A DNA stretch of 64,000 nucleotides. Origin: an uncultured Gammaproteobacteria bacterium (lineage in GTDB: Bacteria > Patescibacteriota > Microgenomatia > Levybacterales > GWA1-39-11). The notes beneath the pieces are model-generated. The model saw nothing but the letters and a program-made list of their open reading frames with translations. It was not told where the DNA came from and searched no databases. Every line of letters starts with the position of its first letter. The stretch's first letter is position 1. The stretch lies in contig CAYPEN010000001.1 of assembly GCA_964409875.1 (NCBI GenBank), positions 198,637-262,636 of the forward strand, given 5' to 3'. Positions 1 through 9,252 of the stretch are shown piece by piece. The position numbers were made by a program, and so were the translations under genes.

Positions 1-279
1 ACGGTTCTGCCAATAAATGACAAAGGGTTTGCCAAAGAAATGCGGGTGGTAGATCCTAATACTGTGAGGTTTAAATTGTGTGTCGAAGACAATGTCCTGG
101 AAAGAACGCTTGTCGGAGAGGAAATTAATTCTTCAGGGTTTCGCATCGGCCCTTCGAATTTTAGGGAAATGATTCTCGGGAAATCAACCTACATATACTG
201 GGACCCCGATATCCCTGGCGGGGAGGATATGGAACACGCGCCGCAATTCCCTTTGCGTCTACAATCCGCAGGAATATAA
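1..279 (+). CDS. hypothetical protein, C-terminal fragment (frame is open from position 1)
   Basis: Frame 1 is open from the window edge to the stop at 277-279. No recognisable motif. Confidence 0.3.
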   Translation, partial: TVLPINDKGFAKEMRVVDPNTVRFKLCVEDNVLERTLVGEEINSSGFRIGPSNFREMILGKSTYIYWDPDIPGGEDMEHAPQFPLRLQSAGI

Positions 280-290
280 GCGGTTTTAAA

Positions 291-533
291 TTAAACCTTT
301 ATTTCAAAAAGTTTGAGGCGGGATTTTTGCCCGGAGATAAGTACAATAGCATTCTTTTTCACCTTGAAATATTCAGAAAGGGCTTCAATGGTCGATATAT
401 TTGCACGCCCTTCAATAGGAGGAGCGGTAACATACACATTCAATTGTCCCAAGATATCTTTTTCGACACGTTCCTTCCTGGAATTTGGATGCACAATCAC
501 ATTTAACCGCATTTTGTAATTATACAATCTCAA
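291..533 (-). CDS. DUF167 (YggU-like) small protein
   Basis: The 80-aa ORF has the ...NVYVTAPPIEGRANISTIEALSEYF...ISGQKSR pattern typical of the YggU/DUF167 family. An alternative start at the second Met is possible. Confidence 0.5.
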   Translation of the reverse strand: MRLYNYKMRLNVIVHPNSRKERVEKDILGQLNVYVTAPPIEGRANISTIEALSEYFKVKKNAIVLISGQKSRLKLFEIKV

Positions 534-591
534 AAATCGCCAGCCTCAAAAGAAATTGTTTTGAACTGAACAATATGGTAGAATCGCCTCT

Positions 592-1932
592 ATGGAAAGA
601 GACAACATACATCAGGAAAAGTTTCACGAAATTATCAACGGGTACAATATTCAGCCTCCATCCGAAGGGCTTAATAAAGCGAAAAGGTTGGGTATATTTG
701 CCGGTGCGGCTGCTACTTCTGCTATTGGCATGCTTAATTTTATAAATGGATGGTCTTCTATTTACGAGATTGATAGCTTCTACCCGGATAAGTTATGGGA
801 CAATGCAAAGACATTTGACACGGCAATGTTAGAACTAACCGGTGGAGTAATGATAACAATTGGGGGAGCACTTATTGCTTCTGTTGCAATTGATAAAGAT
901 GACAGAGAAGAATATTTTTCCCTCGAAGAATCAATACTTGCCCGTCATCCGGAATGGAAAGATGAGCCGCCAGACCCCATTGCTTTGCGTTCTGAAATAG
1001 AAACTTCGCTTCTCCTGCCACCGATAGGCGGTAAATTGAATGACTTTGATAAAAGTAAACCAATACCGCTTCCACCTGCGCTTACTGCTGAAAATTATGT
1101 GTCGGAGCTGATGAAACAAGTCAAAAAACTCCACCCTGAAAAAGGAGATAGTGAGTTTTTTGTAAGCCAGCTTGCAGTCCAGGGGAGGCGCGGAAATGAT
1201 TTCAGGTATGTTGCGCTGGCACTCCTTACCGCAAGCCCTTATGTTCAGGATTGGAATGACTATTTTTATGAAGCCAGCTGGGGAAAAGTAGGACCCCTCA
1301 TTCATGACGGAGGGCGGGTCAGTGGTAAAGTTAACCCGAAATATAAGGACGTTGTAGGGAGGACGGATTTTATCTTAAGAGTTGGTAAAGTCTGGGATCC
1401 GAATTTCGAGAGTATCATAGAAATGGCGCCGGAAGATGTGGTTAATTTACCTGTAGAGGATATAGAGAATGCACTACAAGAGCAGAAAGAACGGGAGCGG
1501 CTTTTGACTGAAGCAAAAGCATACCAAAGACTAGCCCTTGCATATGACGTAGCGTGCAGCAACAGACTGGGTTTGACTGATGATGAGGCAGATGCTTTAA
1601 GTTCTGAATGGTTCTCATTTACAGACAGCATTACAAACCTGTATGAAGAATATGGGGTAGCGGACATCCTGAATGTTAAGTGGTTCCGCAACAAACCTAC
1701 CCAACTGGGACTATGGAACAATAGATATGAGGGGAAATGGAAACCGATTAAAAAAAGTCTGAAAAAGCTTGATGCGGCAAGAATTGAAAATCCTGAAATG
1801 GTAGAGCGCTCGTATTACTTATTGAAAAATAAAGTCGCAGCAATTGATACGATTATCCAAAGCGCAGGACGGCGAATTGCTGAAGAATATTATGAAGGTC
1901 AACCGGAACAAAATGATAGGGCAGCTTTATGA
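592..1932 (+). CDS. hypothetical protein (446 aa) with two N-terminal hydrophobic segments
   Basis: Long ORF with two predicted TM-like stretches near the N-terminus. Its stop overlaps the next start (ATGA), which suggests translational coupling. Confidence 0.55.
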   Translation: MERDNIHQEKFHEIINGYNIQPPSEGLNKAKRLGIFAGAAATSAIGMLNFINGWSSIYEIDSFYPDKLWDNAKTFDTAMLELTGGVMITIGGALIASVAIDKDDREEYFSLEESILARHPEWKDEPPDPIALRSEIETSLLLPPIGGKLNDFDKSKPIPLPPALTAENYVSELMKQVKKLHPEKGDSEFFVSQLAVQGRRGNDFRYVALALLTASPYVQDWNDYFYEASWGKVGPLIHDGGRVSGKVNPKYKDVVGRTDFILRVGKVWDPNFESIIEMAPEDVVNLPVEDIENALQEQKERERLLTEAKAYQRLALAYDVACSNRLGLTDDEADALSSEWFSFTDSITNLYEEYGVADILNVKWFRNKPTQLGLWNNRYEGKWKPIKKSLKKLDAARIENPEMVERSYYLLKNKVAAIDTIIQSAGRRIAEEYYEGQPEQNDRAAL

Positions 1933-2252
1933 GTGAACGGGAGTTAGAAGCAAGTAGGCAGCATCTTGCAAGACTTGAAGAGCAAAATCAACAATCATTG
2001 TTTGTGCTTTGGAATAAAGAACAAGCTGATGGAAGGCTGGGAGAAATACTCGATCAAATTGATTCGGATGAATTAGATGAGGCAGTAGATACATCAATAA
2101 TTGCCGCACAAAAAATGGCAAAAGTTGTTGAGGAGAACAACTGGTTATTGGCATTGGGTGGGTCAGGTCTTACCAATGAAACAATCATCAAAGTTTGGGA
2201 TTTGAAATTAAAGTTAGATCAGGATATGGTTGACGAAACAGAACAGCCATAA
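1929..2252 (+). CDS. hypothetical acidic protein (107 aa)
   Basis: Start overlaps the stop of the upstream gene (ATGA). Acidic, helical composition. Confidence 0.45.
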   Translation: MSERELEASRQHLARLEEQNQQSLFVLWNKEQADGRLGEILDQIDSDELDEAVDTSIIAAQKMAKVVEENNWLLALGGSGLTNETIIKVWDLKLKLDQDMVDETEQP

Positions 2253-2313
2253 AAGCACCCACCCTCAAAAAGCCTCGCAATTGATACTGTTAGGTATTAT
2301 AATCTGTTTAAAT

Positions 2314-2997
2314 ATGCCTGAGGTTGTGCGTTTTACCCCCAAAGAAGAACAAATTAAAGCACGTCTTCGCGGTCAATGGGACTTGATGGTTCAGGGTGTG
2401 GGAGGCAGGATGTCTTTGATAAATTATGAATTCGACAGGATGGCATCTGAATATAAAAAGGGAGATGGAAGGTCATACCACAATTTGGAACATATCGCAA
2501 AAGTAGACGCAATTCTTAATAGATACCGTCATCTTGCAAGAAATTTTACCGCCTTAAAATTTGCAGGTGACGGGCATGATGTTATTTATGTTCCCGGATC
2601 CGATACCAATGAAGCAGACAGCGCAGCCTATATGAGAGTTGCCATGACAAGGCTGGGAATGCCTGAGGATACAATTGTCGAAACCGAAAGGATAATTAAT
2701 CTAACACACGACCATAAAACAACAGACAATGATGTTGACGGGAAGCTAATGATAGATGCGGATTTTGCGATATTTGCTTCCCCGGCAGATGAGTATGATG
2801 CATATGCACAGGGAATATGGCAGGAATATGTAGGGTCGGGAAGAGTCGGAGCGGATGCTTTCAGAGCTGGAAGAGGTGCACTTCTGAGAGGATGGCTAGG
2901 ACAGGAAAAACTTTTTCTGACAGACGAAATTCGCTCAGACCTGCAACCAATTGCTCATAAAAATCTGCAAAGAGAACTTGACAGATTAGCCGCATAA
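2314..2997 (+). CDS. HD-domain-like metal-dependent phosphohydrolase (putative)
   Basis: The ...RSYHNLEHIAKV...GDGHDVIYVP... His/Asp pattern resembles the HD superfamily. Start chosen at MPEVVRF because the AGCCTCAAAAA intergenic motif and promoter-like TTGATA/TATAAT lie inside the longer ORF (2230). Confidence 0.45.
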   Translation: MPEVVRFTPKEEQIKARLRGQWDLMVQGVGGRMSLINYEFDRMASEYKKGDGRSYHNLEHIAKVDAILNRYRHLARNFTALKFAGDGHDVIYVPGSDTNEADSAAYMRVAMTRLGMPEDTIVETERIINLTHDHKTTDNDVDGKLMIDADFAIFASPADEYDAYAQGIWQEYVGSGRVGADAFRAGRGALLRGWLGQEKLFLTDEIRSDLQPIAHKNLQRELDRLAA

Positions 2998-3038
2998 CCA
3001 ACAGCCTCAAAAAAATTATGATATTGCCCGCTTTGTGA

Positions 3039-3677
3039 ATGTATAATCATTTTATGCTCGTTTTTATCGATGATTCCGGAGATCCGGGATTTAAATTAGA
3101 AAAAGGTTCCTCAACTCACTTTGTAATATCTTGCATAATTTTTGATGACGATTTGGAAGCAGAAAAAACATCTTTAGCTATTAAAGAACTCAGAAGAAAA
3201 TTAAAAGTTAATGATCGATATGAATTTAAATTTAATAAAACTGATTTACGTTTTAAAAAAGTTTTTTTTGATACGATTTTTCCCTTCAAATTTAGAGTAA
3301 GGGCTATTACGGTTGATAAAACAATAATTCATAGCTCTCGTCTAAGAAATTACAAAGAAAATTTTTATAACTACATCATCATGCAGGTTTTGAAGCAAAG
3401 TAAAGGACATATCAAAAATGCAAGATTAAAATTCGATAAAAGAGGAGAAAAAACATTGAGAGATGAGTTAAGAGTATATTTAAGTCGTGAACTTGATAAT
3501 AGAAGAAATCATATTTTCAGCGATGTAAGATTTGTTGATTCTAGACAGAATACTTTAATTCAACTAGCCGATATGGTTGCCGGCTGTATAACGTCTTTTT
3601 CTAAAGGCAAAGATAGGATTTTCTATAAACAATTAAAGGATAACGGTAGAGTAGAGGATGTCTGGCAGTTTAAATAA
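3039..3677 (+). CDS. DUF3800 family protein
   Basis: N-terminal FIDDSGDPGF motif and ~210 aa length are characteristic of DUF3800. A start at MLVFIDD (3054) is possible. Confidence 0.6.
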   Translation: MYNHFMLVFIDDSGDPGFKLEKGSSTHFVISCIIFDDDLEAEKTSLAIKELRRKLKVNDRYEFKFNKTDLRFKKVFFDTIFPFKFRVRAITVDKTIIHSSRLRNYKENFYNYIIMQVLKQSKGHIKNARLKFDKRGEKTLRDELRVYLSRELDNRRNHIFSDVRFVDSRQNTLIQLADMVAGCITSFSKGKDRIFYKQLKDNGRVEDVWQFK

Positions 3678-3968
3678 TTCGACCCTGCTTTCTATCCAAA
3701 CGTAAGTTTGGAACGCGCACCATACGGTGACAATTCGAAAACAGGGTCTTTGTAAAATTATTATTACATATTGAGAAGTTCTTGTCAATTTCCCCAGCCT
3801 CAAAAAAATTCGCAAAAAACCTCGCTTTCAGGTGCAAGAAGCACTTTGTAATTGTCGTTTTCTCAAGAATTTGAGAATAGAAAGGTGTAACTGAAGGTTG
3901 TCCATGGGTGGTGCCCGCCCCCGGATAGATCCGAGGGCGGACTGGAAGACGGCTGGGAGACGGGAAAC

Positions 3969-4310
3969 CTACTTCGAGCGCAGTGCTCGTTTCGGCCTCT
4001 TTGCCTCTGACAACCTCTTGCTGACCAGTGCCACAACGGCAAGGCGGAACGCATCCTTGGCAATGACTCGCGCTAGCAAGCCATCATTGGTGCGGTCCTG
4101 CCATCGGGTGACCCCGGTCCTAATTGCCTCGGCGACAATGTGGGCCCAGTACTCCGACCTATCGTCGATACGGGACGCTTCTTCCAACTGCTTGTAGAGC
4201 AGTCGGAGGGACTCGTCGTCACTCGACTTAAGGAAGGCATCGACAAGCTTGAGAGCTTGTCTAACACTGATCGCCTCCTTCGCACGAGACAGGGCTTGGG
4301 AAACAAACAT
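3969..4310 (-). CDS. hypothetical protein encoded in a GC-rich island
   Basis: 113-aa ORF with GGAG 8 nt upstream of the ATG. Local GC is far above the surroundings (island ~3890-4400). Confidence 0.45.
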   Translation of the reverse strand: MFVSQALSRAKEAISVRQALKLVDAFLKSSDDESLRLLYKQLEEASRIDDRSEYWAHIVAEAIRTGVTRWQDRTNDGLLARVIAKDAFRLAVVALVSKRLSEAKRPKRALRSK

Positions 4311-4553
4311 AGGGCATACTCCGCTGGGGCCGGTCTAGCCAACCCTCGAAACATTTGAACCTCCTGGTTCGACGTACATCTCTATTTCAAGATGCTGCGA
4401 TCTAGACCCATTCGCGGACAATCCCTAGTCATTCCCGGTTATACATTATAGGGTGAAATTGCAGAATGTCAATACTATAAGCTTAGAAATACTATCTTGC
4501 TGTCTCAAAAAAGAGCATTGCTTTCGTTTTAAGATAGGTTTATAAATGAGTTA

Positions 4554-5216
4554 GTGAATAAAGGATTTAAAAGCTTTATTCTTGCCCTTATTCTTACCGC
4601 AGCTTTTGCTTTTCCGGTTTCTGCTGCAAGCTCCAATTTTTTATCTCAGGCAACAAAATTTTATAACAGAATTTGTAAATTGCGTTATGTTCCGGAAAAT
4701 TATGCTTTTCAGTGCTATGTATTCGATAAAGTCGGAGAGATGGATAGTTCTTTAAACTCGCTTGTTCACCGCGTTTCAACTCTTGAAACCAAAGACAATT
4801 CGCAAGACCAAAAGATACAAGGCCTTCAGGACAAAAACGCCTCGCAAGACGCGGAAATTACAGATTTGAAAACAAAAGTTTCAGAATTAGGAAATTCAAA
4901 ACCCGCAGATCCTACTGATATCATATTTTTCAATGGGAAAGTTAGCCCACAAGGTGCTGTTTCACAAGTTTTCGACGCTCAAAAATATTCAAAAGTTACA
5001 TTTACTTATCAGGGAACATCAAGTGCTTTTGTTGTTGAAGTAAGTGGTAATCAAACTGATTGGTTTACACAATATATAAGAGGAGAAGGAGAAAATAAAG
5101 CAGGTGGCTCCGTAACTTTGGATTCTGCTGGAAGATATTATAGAGTCGAAGCCGGCAGCACTACATTGCCCCCAAATGAAGTACATGAATATGCCTTAGG
5201 ACATTTCTTCAACTAG
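4554..5216 (+). CDS. secreted hypothetical protein with coiled-coil segment
   Basis: N-terminal signal peptide (…LILTAAFAFPVSAASS), then a Q/D/K-rich coiled coil and a beta-rich C-terminus. Confidence 0.55.
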   Translation: MNKGFKSFILALILTAAFAFPVSAASSNFLSQATKFYNRICKLRYVPENYAFQCYVFDKVGEMDSSLNSLVHRVSTLETKDNSQDQKIQGLQDKNASQDAEITDLKTKVSELGNSKPADPTDIIFFNGKVSPQGAVSQVFDAQKYSKVTFTYQGTSSAFVVEVSGNQTDWFTQYIRGEGENKAGGSVTLDSAGRYYRVEAGSTTLPPNEVHEYALGHFFN

Positions 5217-5280
5217 CCTCAAAAAAATGTATATTTTGTTCCATTTTGTTTCCAGATAAGCTGTGATATATTGAATTACC

Positions 5281-6108
5281 ATGAAACCGTACTTCCTCGA
5301 TAATAATTTCGCACTCTATCAAGGTGATTCTTTAGAACTTATGAAGAAATTCCCGGACAACCATTTTGATATGGTTTTTGCTGATCCCCCATACAATCTC
5401 TCAAACGGTGGGTTTACAGTCCACGCAGGAAAGCGAGTAAGTGTTAATAAAGGAAAGTGGGATGAAAGTAAAGGATTTGATGAGGATTATGAATTTCATA
5501 CAAGGTGGTTAAGTGAAGTGAGGCGTGTCTTAAAACCTAATGGTACTGTGTGGGTAAGTGGAACCTATCACTCAATTTATCAATGCGGTCATGCTCTTCA
5601 AAAAGCAGGGTACCACATTTTAAATGATATTGCATGGTTCAAGCCAAATGCATCTCCTAATTTATCTGGTAGATATTTTACGGCAAGCCATGAAACTCTC
5701 ATTTGGGCGCGACGTGACAAAAAAGCAAAGCATATTTTTAATTACAAGGCTATGAAAGAAGGAAATTGGCATTTGTCTGACTTTATAAAAAAGGCTGAAA
5801 AACAAATGAGAAGCGTTTGGGCAATAGGAACTCCAAAGCCCGAAGAAAAAAAATTCGGTAAACATCCGACGCAAAAACCCCTAGCTCTTCTTGAGAGAAT
5901 CATTCTTGCCAGTACCAATAAAGACAGCGTAATTTTGGACCCATTCACAGGCAGTTCAACAACAGGTATTGCTGCAGCAAAATTGGGGCGAAAATTTATC
6001 GGAATTGACACTGAAGAAAATTACCTTAAACTATCGATAAAACGATATAAAGATTTGGATAGCATGCTTTTTAAATATGCAAATAATAACTCGGCTGCAA
6101 GCGATTGA
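5281..6108 (+). CDS. type II DNA methyltransferase, beta class (N6-adenine or N4-cytosine), DpnA-like
   Basis: Motif IV FADPPYNL lies near the N-terminus. Motif I LDPFTGSSTTGIAA lies near the C-terminus (IV..I order, i.e. beta class). Confidence 0.85.
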   Translation: MKPYFLDNNFALYQGDSLELMKKFPDNHFDMVFADPPYNLSNGGFTVHAGKRVSVNKGKWDESKGFDEDYEFHTRWLSEVRRVLKPNGTVWVSGTYHSIYQCGHALQKAGYHILNDIAWFKPNASPNLSGRYFTASHETLIWARRDKKAKHIFNYKAMKEGNWHLSDFIKKAEKQMRSVWAIGTPKPEEKKFGKHPTQKPLALLERIILASTNKDSVILDPFTGSSTTGIAAAKLGRKFIGIDTEENYLKLSIKRYKDLDSMLFKYANNNSAASD

Positions 6109-6694
6109 GAATTTAAAAAAATATATAGGACAGGATTTGCGCACACTTGCTCTCCAATTTGGAATCACCACTTACGAAACAGGAAAACAAAATAAAGGTT
6201 GGAAGGGCCTTGTCTTAGAACGGCTTGCCGGACTTGATAACAATAATGCCAAAGCTCCAAATGGACTCTCTTACGAACTTAAAAGTGTAAGTTTTTATGA
6301 AGTTAAAGGAAATCTTGTTCCAAAAGAAACAATGGCAATTACTATGGTAAACCCGAAAGAGTTATTGGAAAAGTCTTTTTTTGAAAGTCATTGCTGGTAC
6401 AAATTAAAAGCAGTTGTTTTTTGTGCTGTACGGTGGCACGGGAAAAATGCTGAAAGTGCGGAACTAATTGATGTTACAAGCCTTGATTTTCTTGAAACTG
6501 ACACATTAATTAAAGAAATAGAAAAAGACTATGAATTCATACGAAATAAATTAAGAACTCAAGGTTTTGAAGCGCTTACAGGGAAAGATGGAAAATGGAT
6601 ACAAGCCCGAACAAAAGGTGCAGGACATGGGTCGACATCACGGGCTTTTTATGCGAGAAAAGAATTAGTTAAAAAAATCTTCGAACAAACTTAG
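6077..6694 (+). CDS. MutH/Sau3AI-family restriction endonuclease (putative GATC-specific)
   Basis: From memory it aligns with MutH at several points. Examples: KGWKGLVLERLAGL vs MutH KGWIGVLLEIWLGA; ELKSV vs ELKTI; ETMAITMV vs ETTFVCV; GKWIQARTKGAG vs GEYLQIRPKAANAK; FYARKEL vs FYLKKNF. It overlaps the end of the methyltransferase gene. Confidence 0.7.
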   Translation: MQIITRLQAIENLKKYIGQDLRTLALQFGITTYETGKQNKGWKGLVLERLAGLDNNNAKAPNGLSYELKSVSFYEVKGNLVPKETMAITMVNPKELLEKSFFESHCWYKLKAVVFCAVRWHGKNAESAELIDVTSLDFLETDTLIKEIEKDYEFIRNKLRTQGFEALTGKDGKWIQARTKGAGHGSTSRAFYARKELVKKIFEQT

Positions 6695-6732
6695 ACATTC
6701 AATTTCAGAAAAGACCGAAAACATGAGCTAAA

Positions 6733-6760
6733 TTGACTTTTTAAGGAATAGTATTACAAT
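6733..6760 (+). promoter_or_regulatory. sigma70-like promoter (TTGACT -16 nt- TACAAT) upstream of small secreted protein gene
   Basis: TTGACT at 6733-6738 and TACAAT at 6755-6760 with a 16-nt spacer, 7 nt upstream of the ATG at 6767. Confidence 0.4.
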
Positions 6761-6766
6761 CTGATT

Positions 6767-6994
6767 ATGAACTTCAAAAAAGCAATTCTCACATTCCTAG
6801 TTGGAATTTTTCTCTTTAGTGCAGTTGTAACACCTGCATTTGCTAGAGTAAGAGTTAAGGGATACACGAAGAGAAATGGAACTTATGTCGCTCCTCACTA
6901 CAGGACAAATAAAAACTCCTTAAAATATGATAATTGGTCAACAAAAGGAAATATAAATCCTTACACTGGCAAAAAAGGATACAAAAATTTCTAG
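6767..6994 (+). CDS. small secreted/membrane-anchored basic protein (75 aa)
   Basis: Signal peptide (…LFSAVVTPAFA) followed by a basic Tyr/Lys-rich tail. Confidence 0.5.
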   Translation: MNFKKAILTFLVGIFLFSAVVTPAFARVRVKGYTKRNGTYVAPHYRTNKNSLKYDNWSTKGNINPYTGKKGYKNF

Positions 6995-7077
6995 ACTAAG
7001 AAAAATAACCCCCACCTGTTTTATCTAATAGTGATTTTTCCAACTTAATATAGAAATGGCAAACAAGCAGGTATATA

Positions 7078-7524
7078 ATGCTTCCAATGAGTAAGACGCT
7101 CAAAAAACGATTCAAATTTCCCCAGGTTTTGAGTTTTGCCATGAGAGTTATCAAAAGAATTCCTCGCGTAGCGTGGGGAACGGCTGCTGTTTTTGGAGTT
7201 TTTTGCTTGGGCATTATATTTGGGTCCATTTCCCAAAGTGGATATATCAACGAGCAAGCTTCGCAAAAGCAGGGAGAGAAGAGTGCCCAGCTGACGGATG
7301 TCCTCAACAATTATCAAGGACTCTCAAAACTTTTTTACCTGCAGCAGCAAGATATGGATATCATAACCGACACATCTCAATGGTCTACAAATCCCCAAGA
7401 ACTAACTGATGCAATATCAAGCTACAAGCAAAAGAAAAACGAAATCCTTTTCCAATGGGGAAGGCTCTACGAGCTTCGCAGAAAAGCCGGATTGCCAAGC
7501 GACCCGAATTTGAAAGCAGAATAG
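7078..7524 (+). CDS. hypothetical membrane protein
   Basis: One TM segment (AAVFGVFCLGIIFGSI) and a Q-rich region. The true start may be a downstream Met. Confidence 0.4.
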   Translation: MLPMSKTLKKRFKFPQVLSFAMRVIKRIPRVAWGTAAVFGVFCLGIIFGSISQSGYINEQASQKQGEKSAQLTDVLNNYQGLSKLFYLQQQDMDIITDTSQWSTNPQELTDAISSYKQKKNEILFQWGRLYELRRKAGLPSDPNLKAE

Positions 7525-7533
7525 GAACGCATT

Positions 7534-7737
7534 ATGGATAATTTCTTTGGAAATAAAAAACAAAAGGTAGTATGGGCGGTATATGTCGTTCTTGCTGCAA
7601 TAATCTTTATTGGAATAACGACCGACTATTCGTGTTCTGTCGCCAATAAATGCGGACAGCTGATCCCAATCCTTTTCTCCCTGACCCTAATATTTACGGT
7701 CCTATCTTTACTATTCAAATCCTCAAAAAAAAGCTAA
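7534..7737 (+). CDS. small hydrophobic membrane protein (67 aa)
   Basis: Two TM-like segments. Low confidence because of size. Confidence 0.35.
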   Translation: MDNFFGNKKQKVVWAVYVVLAAIIFIGITTDYSCSVANKCGQLIPILFSLTLIFTVLSLLFKSSKKS

Positions 7738-7797
7738 ATTCTGTCGCTACGCTCAAAAAACCTCGCTTTCACGCTCAAAAAGTGGTAGAATTACTTT

Positions 7798-9252
7798 ATG
7801 TTCGAGCAAGCTTTTAAAAATATTGATGATGTTTTGTGGAAAGATTCTGGGGTTTCTAATGAGCTTGATTATGTAGAGCAAACTTCATGGATTCTTTTTC
7901 TAAAATATCTTGATGATTTAGAGGAGACGAAGGAAAAGGAGTCAAAACTTGCCGGAAGATCTTACAAATCAATACTTGAAGACAAATATAAATGGGATAC
8001 ATGGGCTGCGCCAAAAGACTCTAGTGGAAAAATAGATCACCGAATAGCTCTTTCTGGGGAAGATCTCACCGATTTCGTAAATTTAGAATTATTTCCATAT
8101 CTTAAAAAATTTAAGGCAGATGCTAAAAGTCCAGACTCCATTGAATATAAAATAGGTGAGATTTTTAGCGAGTTAAAAAATAAAATTCATAGCGGATATA
8201 CCCTTCGTGAAATATTAAATATCGTAGAGACCCTTCATTTCAGGTCACAAAAAGAAAAGCATGAGCTATCTCATCTATATGAATCAAAAATCAAAAACAT
8301 GGGCAATGCGGGGAGAAATGGGGGGGAGTATTACACACCGCGCCCTCTAATACGAGCTATTGTCAAAGTTGTAAATCCAAAGATAGGAGAGACGGTCTAT
8401 GACGGAGCTGTAGGATCGGCGGGATTTTTGTGTGAGGCATTTGAATACTTAAAAGAAAGCAAGCAACTTTCTACAGAAGATGTAGAAATTCTGCAGAAAA
8501 AAACATTTTATGGGAAGGAGAAAAAGTCTCTTGCTTACATAATAGGTGTAATGAACATGATTCTTCATGGAATAGAAGCTCCAAACATTAAGCACACTAA
8601 TACACTTTCAGAAAATATAATGGATTTTCAGGAAAAAGACCGTTTCAACGTAGTGCTTGCCAATCCGCCTTTTGGTGGTAAGGAACGTTCCGAAGTGCAA
8701 CAAAACTTCCCGATAAAAACAGGCGAAACCGCTTCACTCTTTTTGCAGCACTTTATTAAAATTTTGAAAGCAGGTGGCAAGGCAGGTGTAGTAATTAAAA
8801 ACACTTTTTTGAGCAATACCGACAATGCCACGGTTGCCATACGCAAAACCTTATTGGAAAACTGCAACCTGCACACCGTGTTGGATTTGCCGGGTGGCGC
8901 TTTTACGGGTGCTGGGGTAAAAACAGTCATACTGCTTTTTGAGAAAGGCAAATCGACCCAGAAGGTTTGGTATTACCAGTTGAACCCTGGCCGCAATTTA
9001 GGCAAGACCAATCCATTGAATGATAAAGACTTGGCAGAGTTTGTAGAATTACAAAAAACCTTTGCTGACAGCAAAAATTCTTGGACGGTGAATGTAAAAG
9101 ACATTGACCAAAACACTTTTGATTTGAGTGTAAAAAACCCGAATAAAAAAGAAGAAGTTACGTTACGCCAACCGAAAGATATTGTGGAAGAAATGAAAGC
9201 ATTGGACGAAGAAAATACGAAAATCATAAACTTAATTTTGGAATTGATATGA
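7798..9252 (+). CDS. hsdM: type I restriction-modification methyltransferase subunit HsdM
   Basis: Carries the VLANPPFGG catalytic motif and the AdoMet motif DGAVGSAGFL. Its stop overlaps the hsdS start (ATGA at 9249-9252). Confidence 0.9.
   Translation: MFEQAFKNIDDVLWKDSGVSNELDYVEQTSWILFLKYLDDLEETKEKESKLAGRSYKSILEDKYKWDTWAAPKDSSGKIDHRIALSGEDLTDFVNLELFPYLKKFKADAKSPDSIEYKIGEIFSELKNKIHSGYTLREILNIVETLHFRSQKEKHELSHLYESKIKNMGNAGRNGGEYYTPRPLIRAIVKVVNPKIGETVYDGAVGSAGFLCEAFEYLKESKQLSTEDVEILQKKTFYGKEKKSLAYIIGVMNMILHGIEAPNIKHTNTLSENIMDFQEKDRFNVVLANPPFGGKERSEVQQNFPIKTGETASLFLQHFIKILKAGGKAGVVIKNTFLSNTDNATVAIRKTLLENCNLHTVLDLPGGAFTGAGVKTVILLFEKGKSTQKVWYYQLNPGRNLGKTNPLNDKDLAEFVELQKTFADSKNSWTVNVKDIDQNTFDLSVKNPNKKEEVTLRQPKDIVEEMKALDEENTKIINLILELI

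Noticed and set aside
4361-4385. tRNA-like GGTTCGACG T-loop string
   Set aside because: There is no flanking acceptor or anticodon structure. It is an isolated match.
8628-8951. 107-aa minus ORF within hsdM; similar antisense ORFs within dnaX (45254-45712), ychF (39522-39998), the 446-aa gene (1302-1721), hsdS, the Cys-rich gene (28173-28679, 28117-28536) and the peptidase TP linker (32798-33121)
   Set aside because: Each lies entirely inside a well-supported gene on the other strand and has low-complexity composition.
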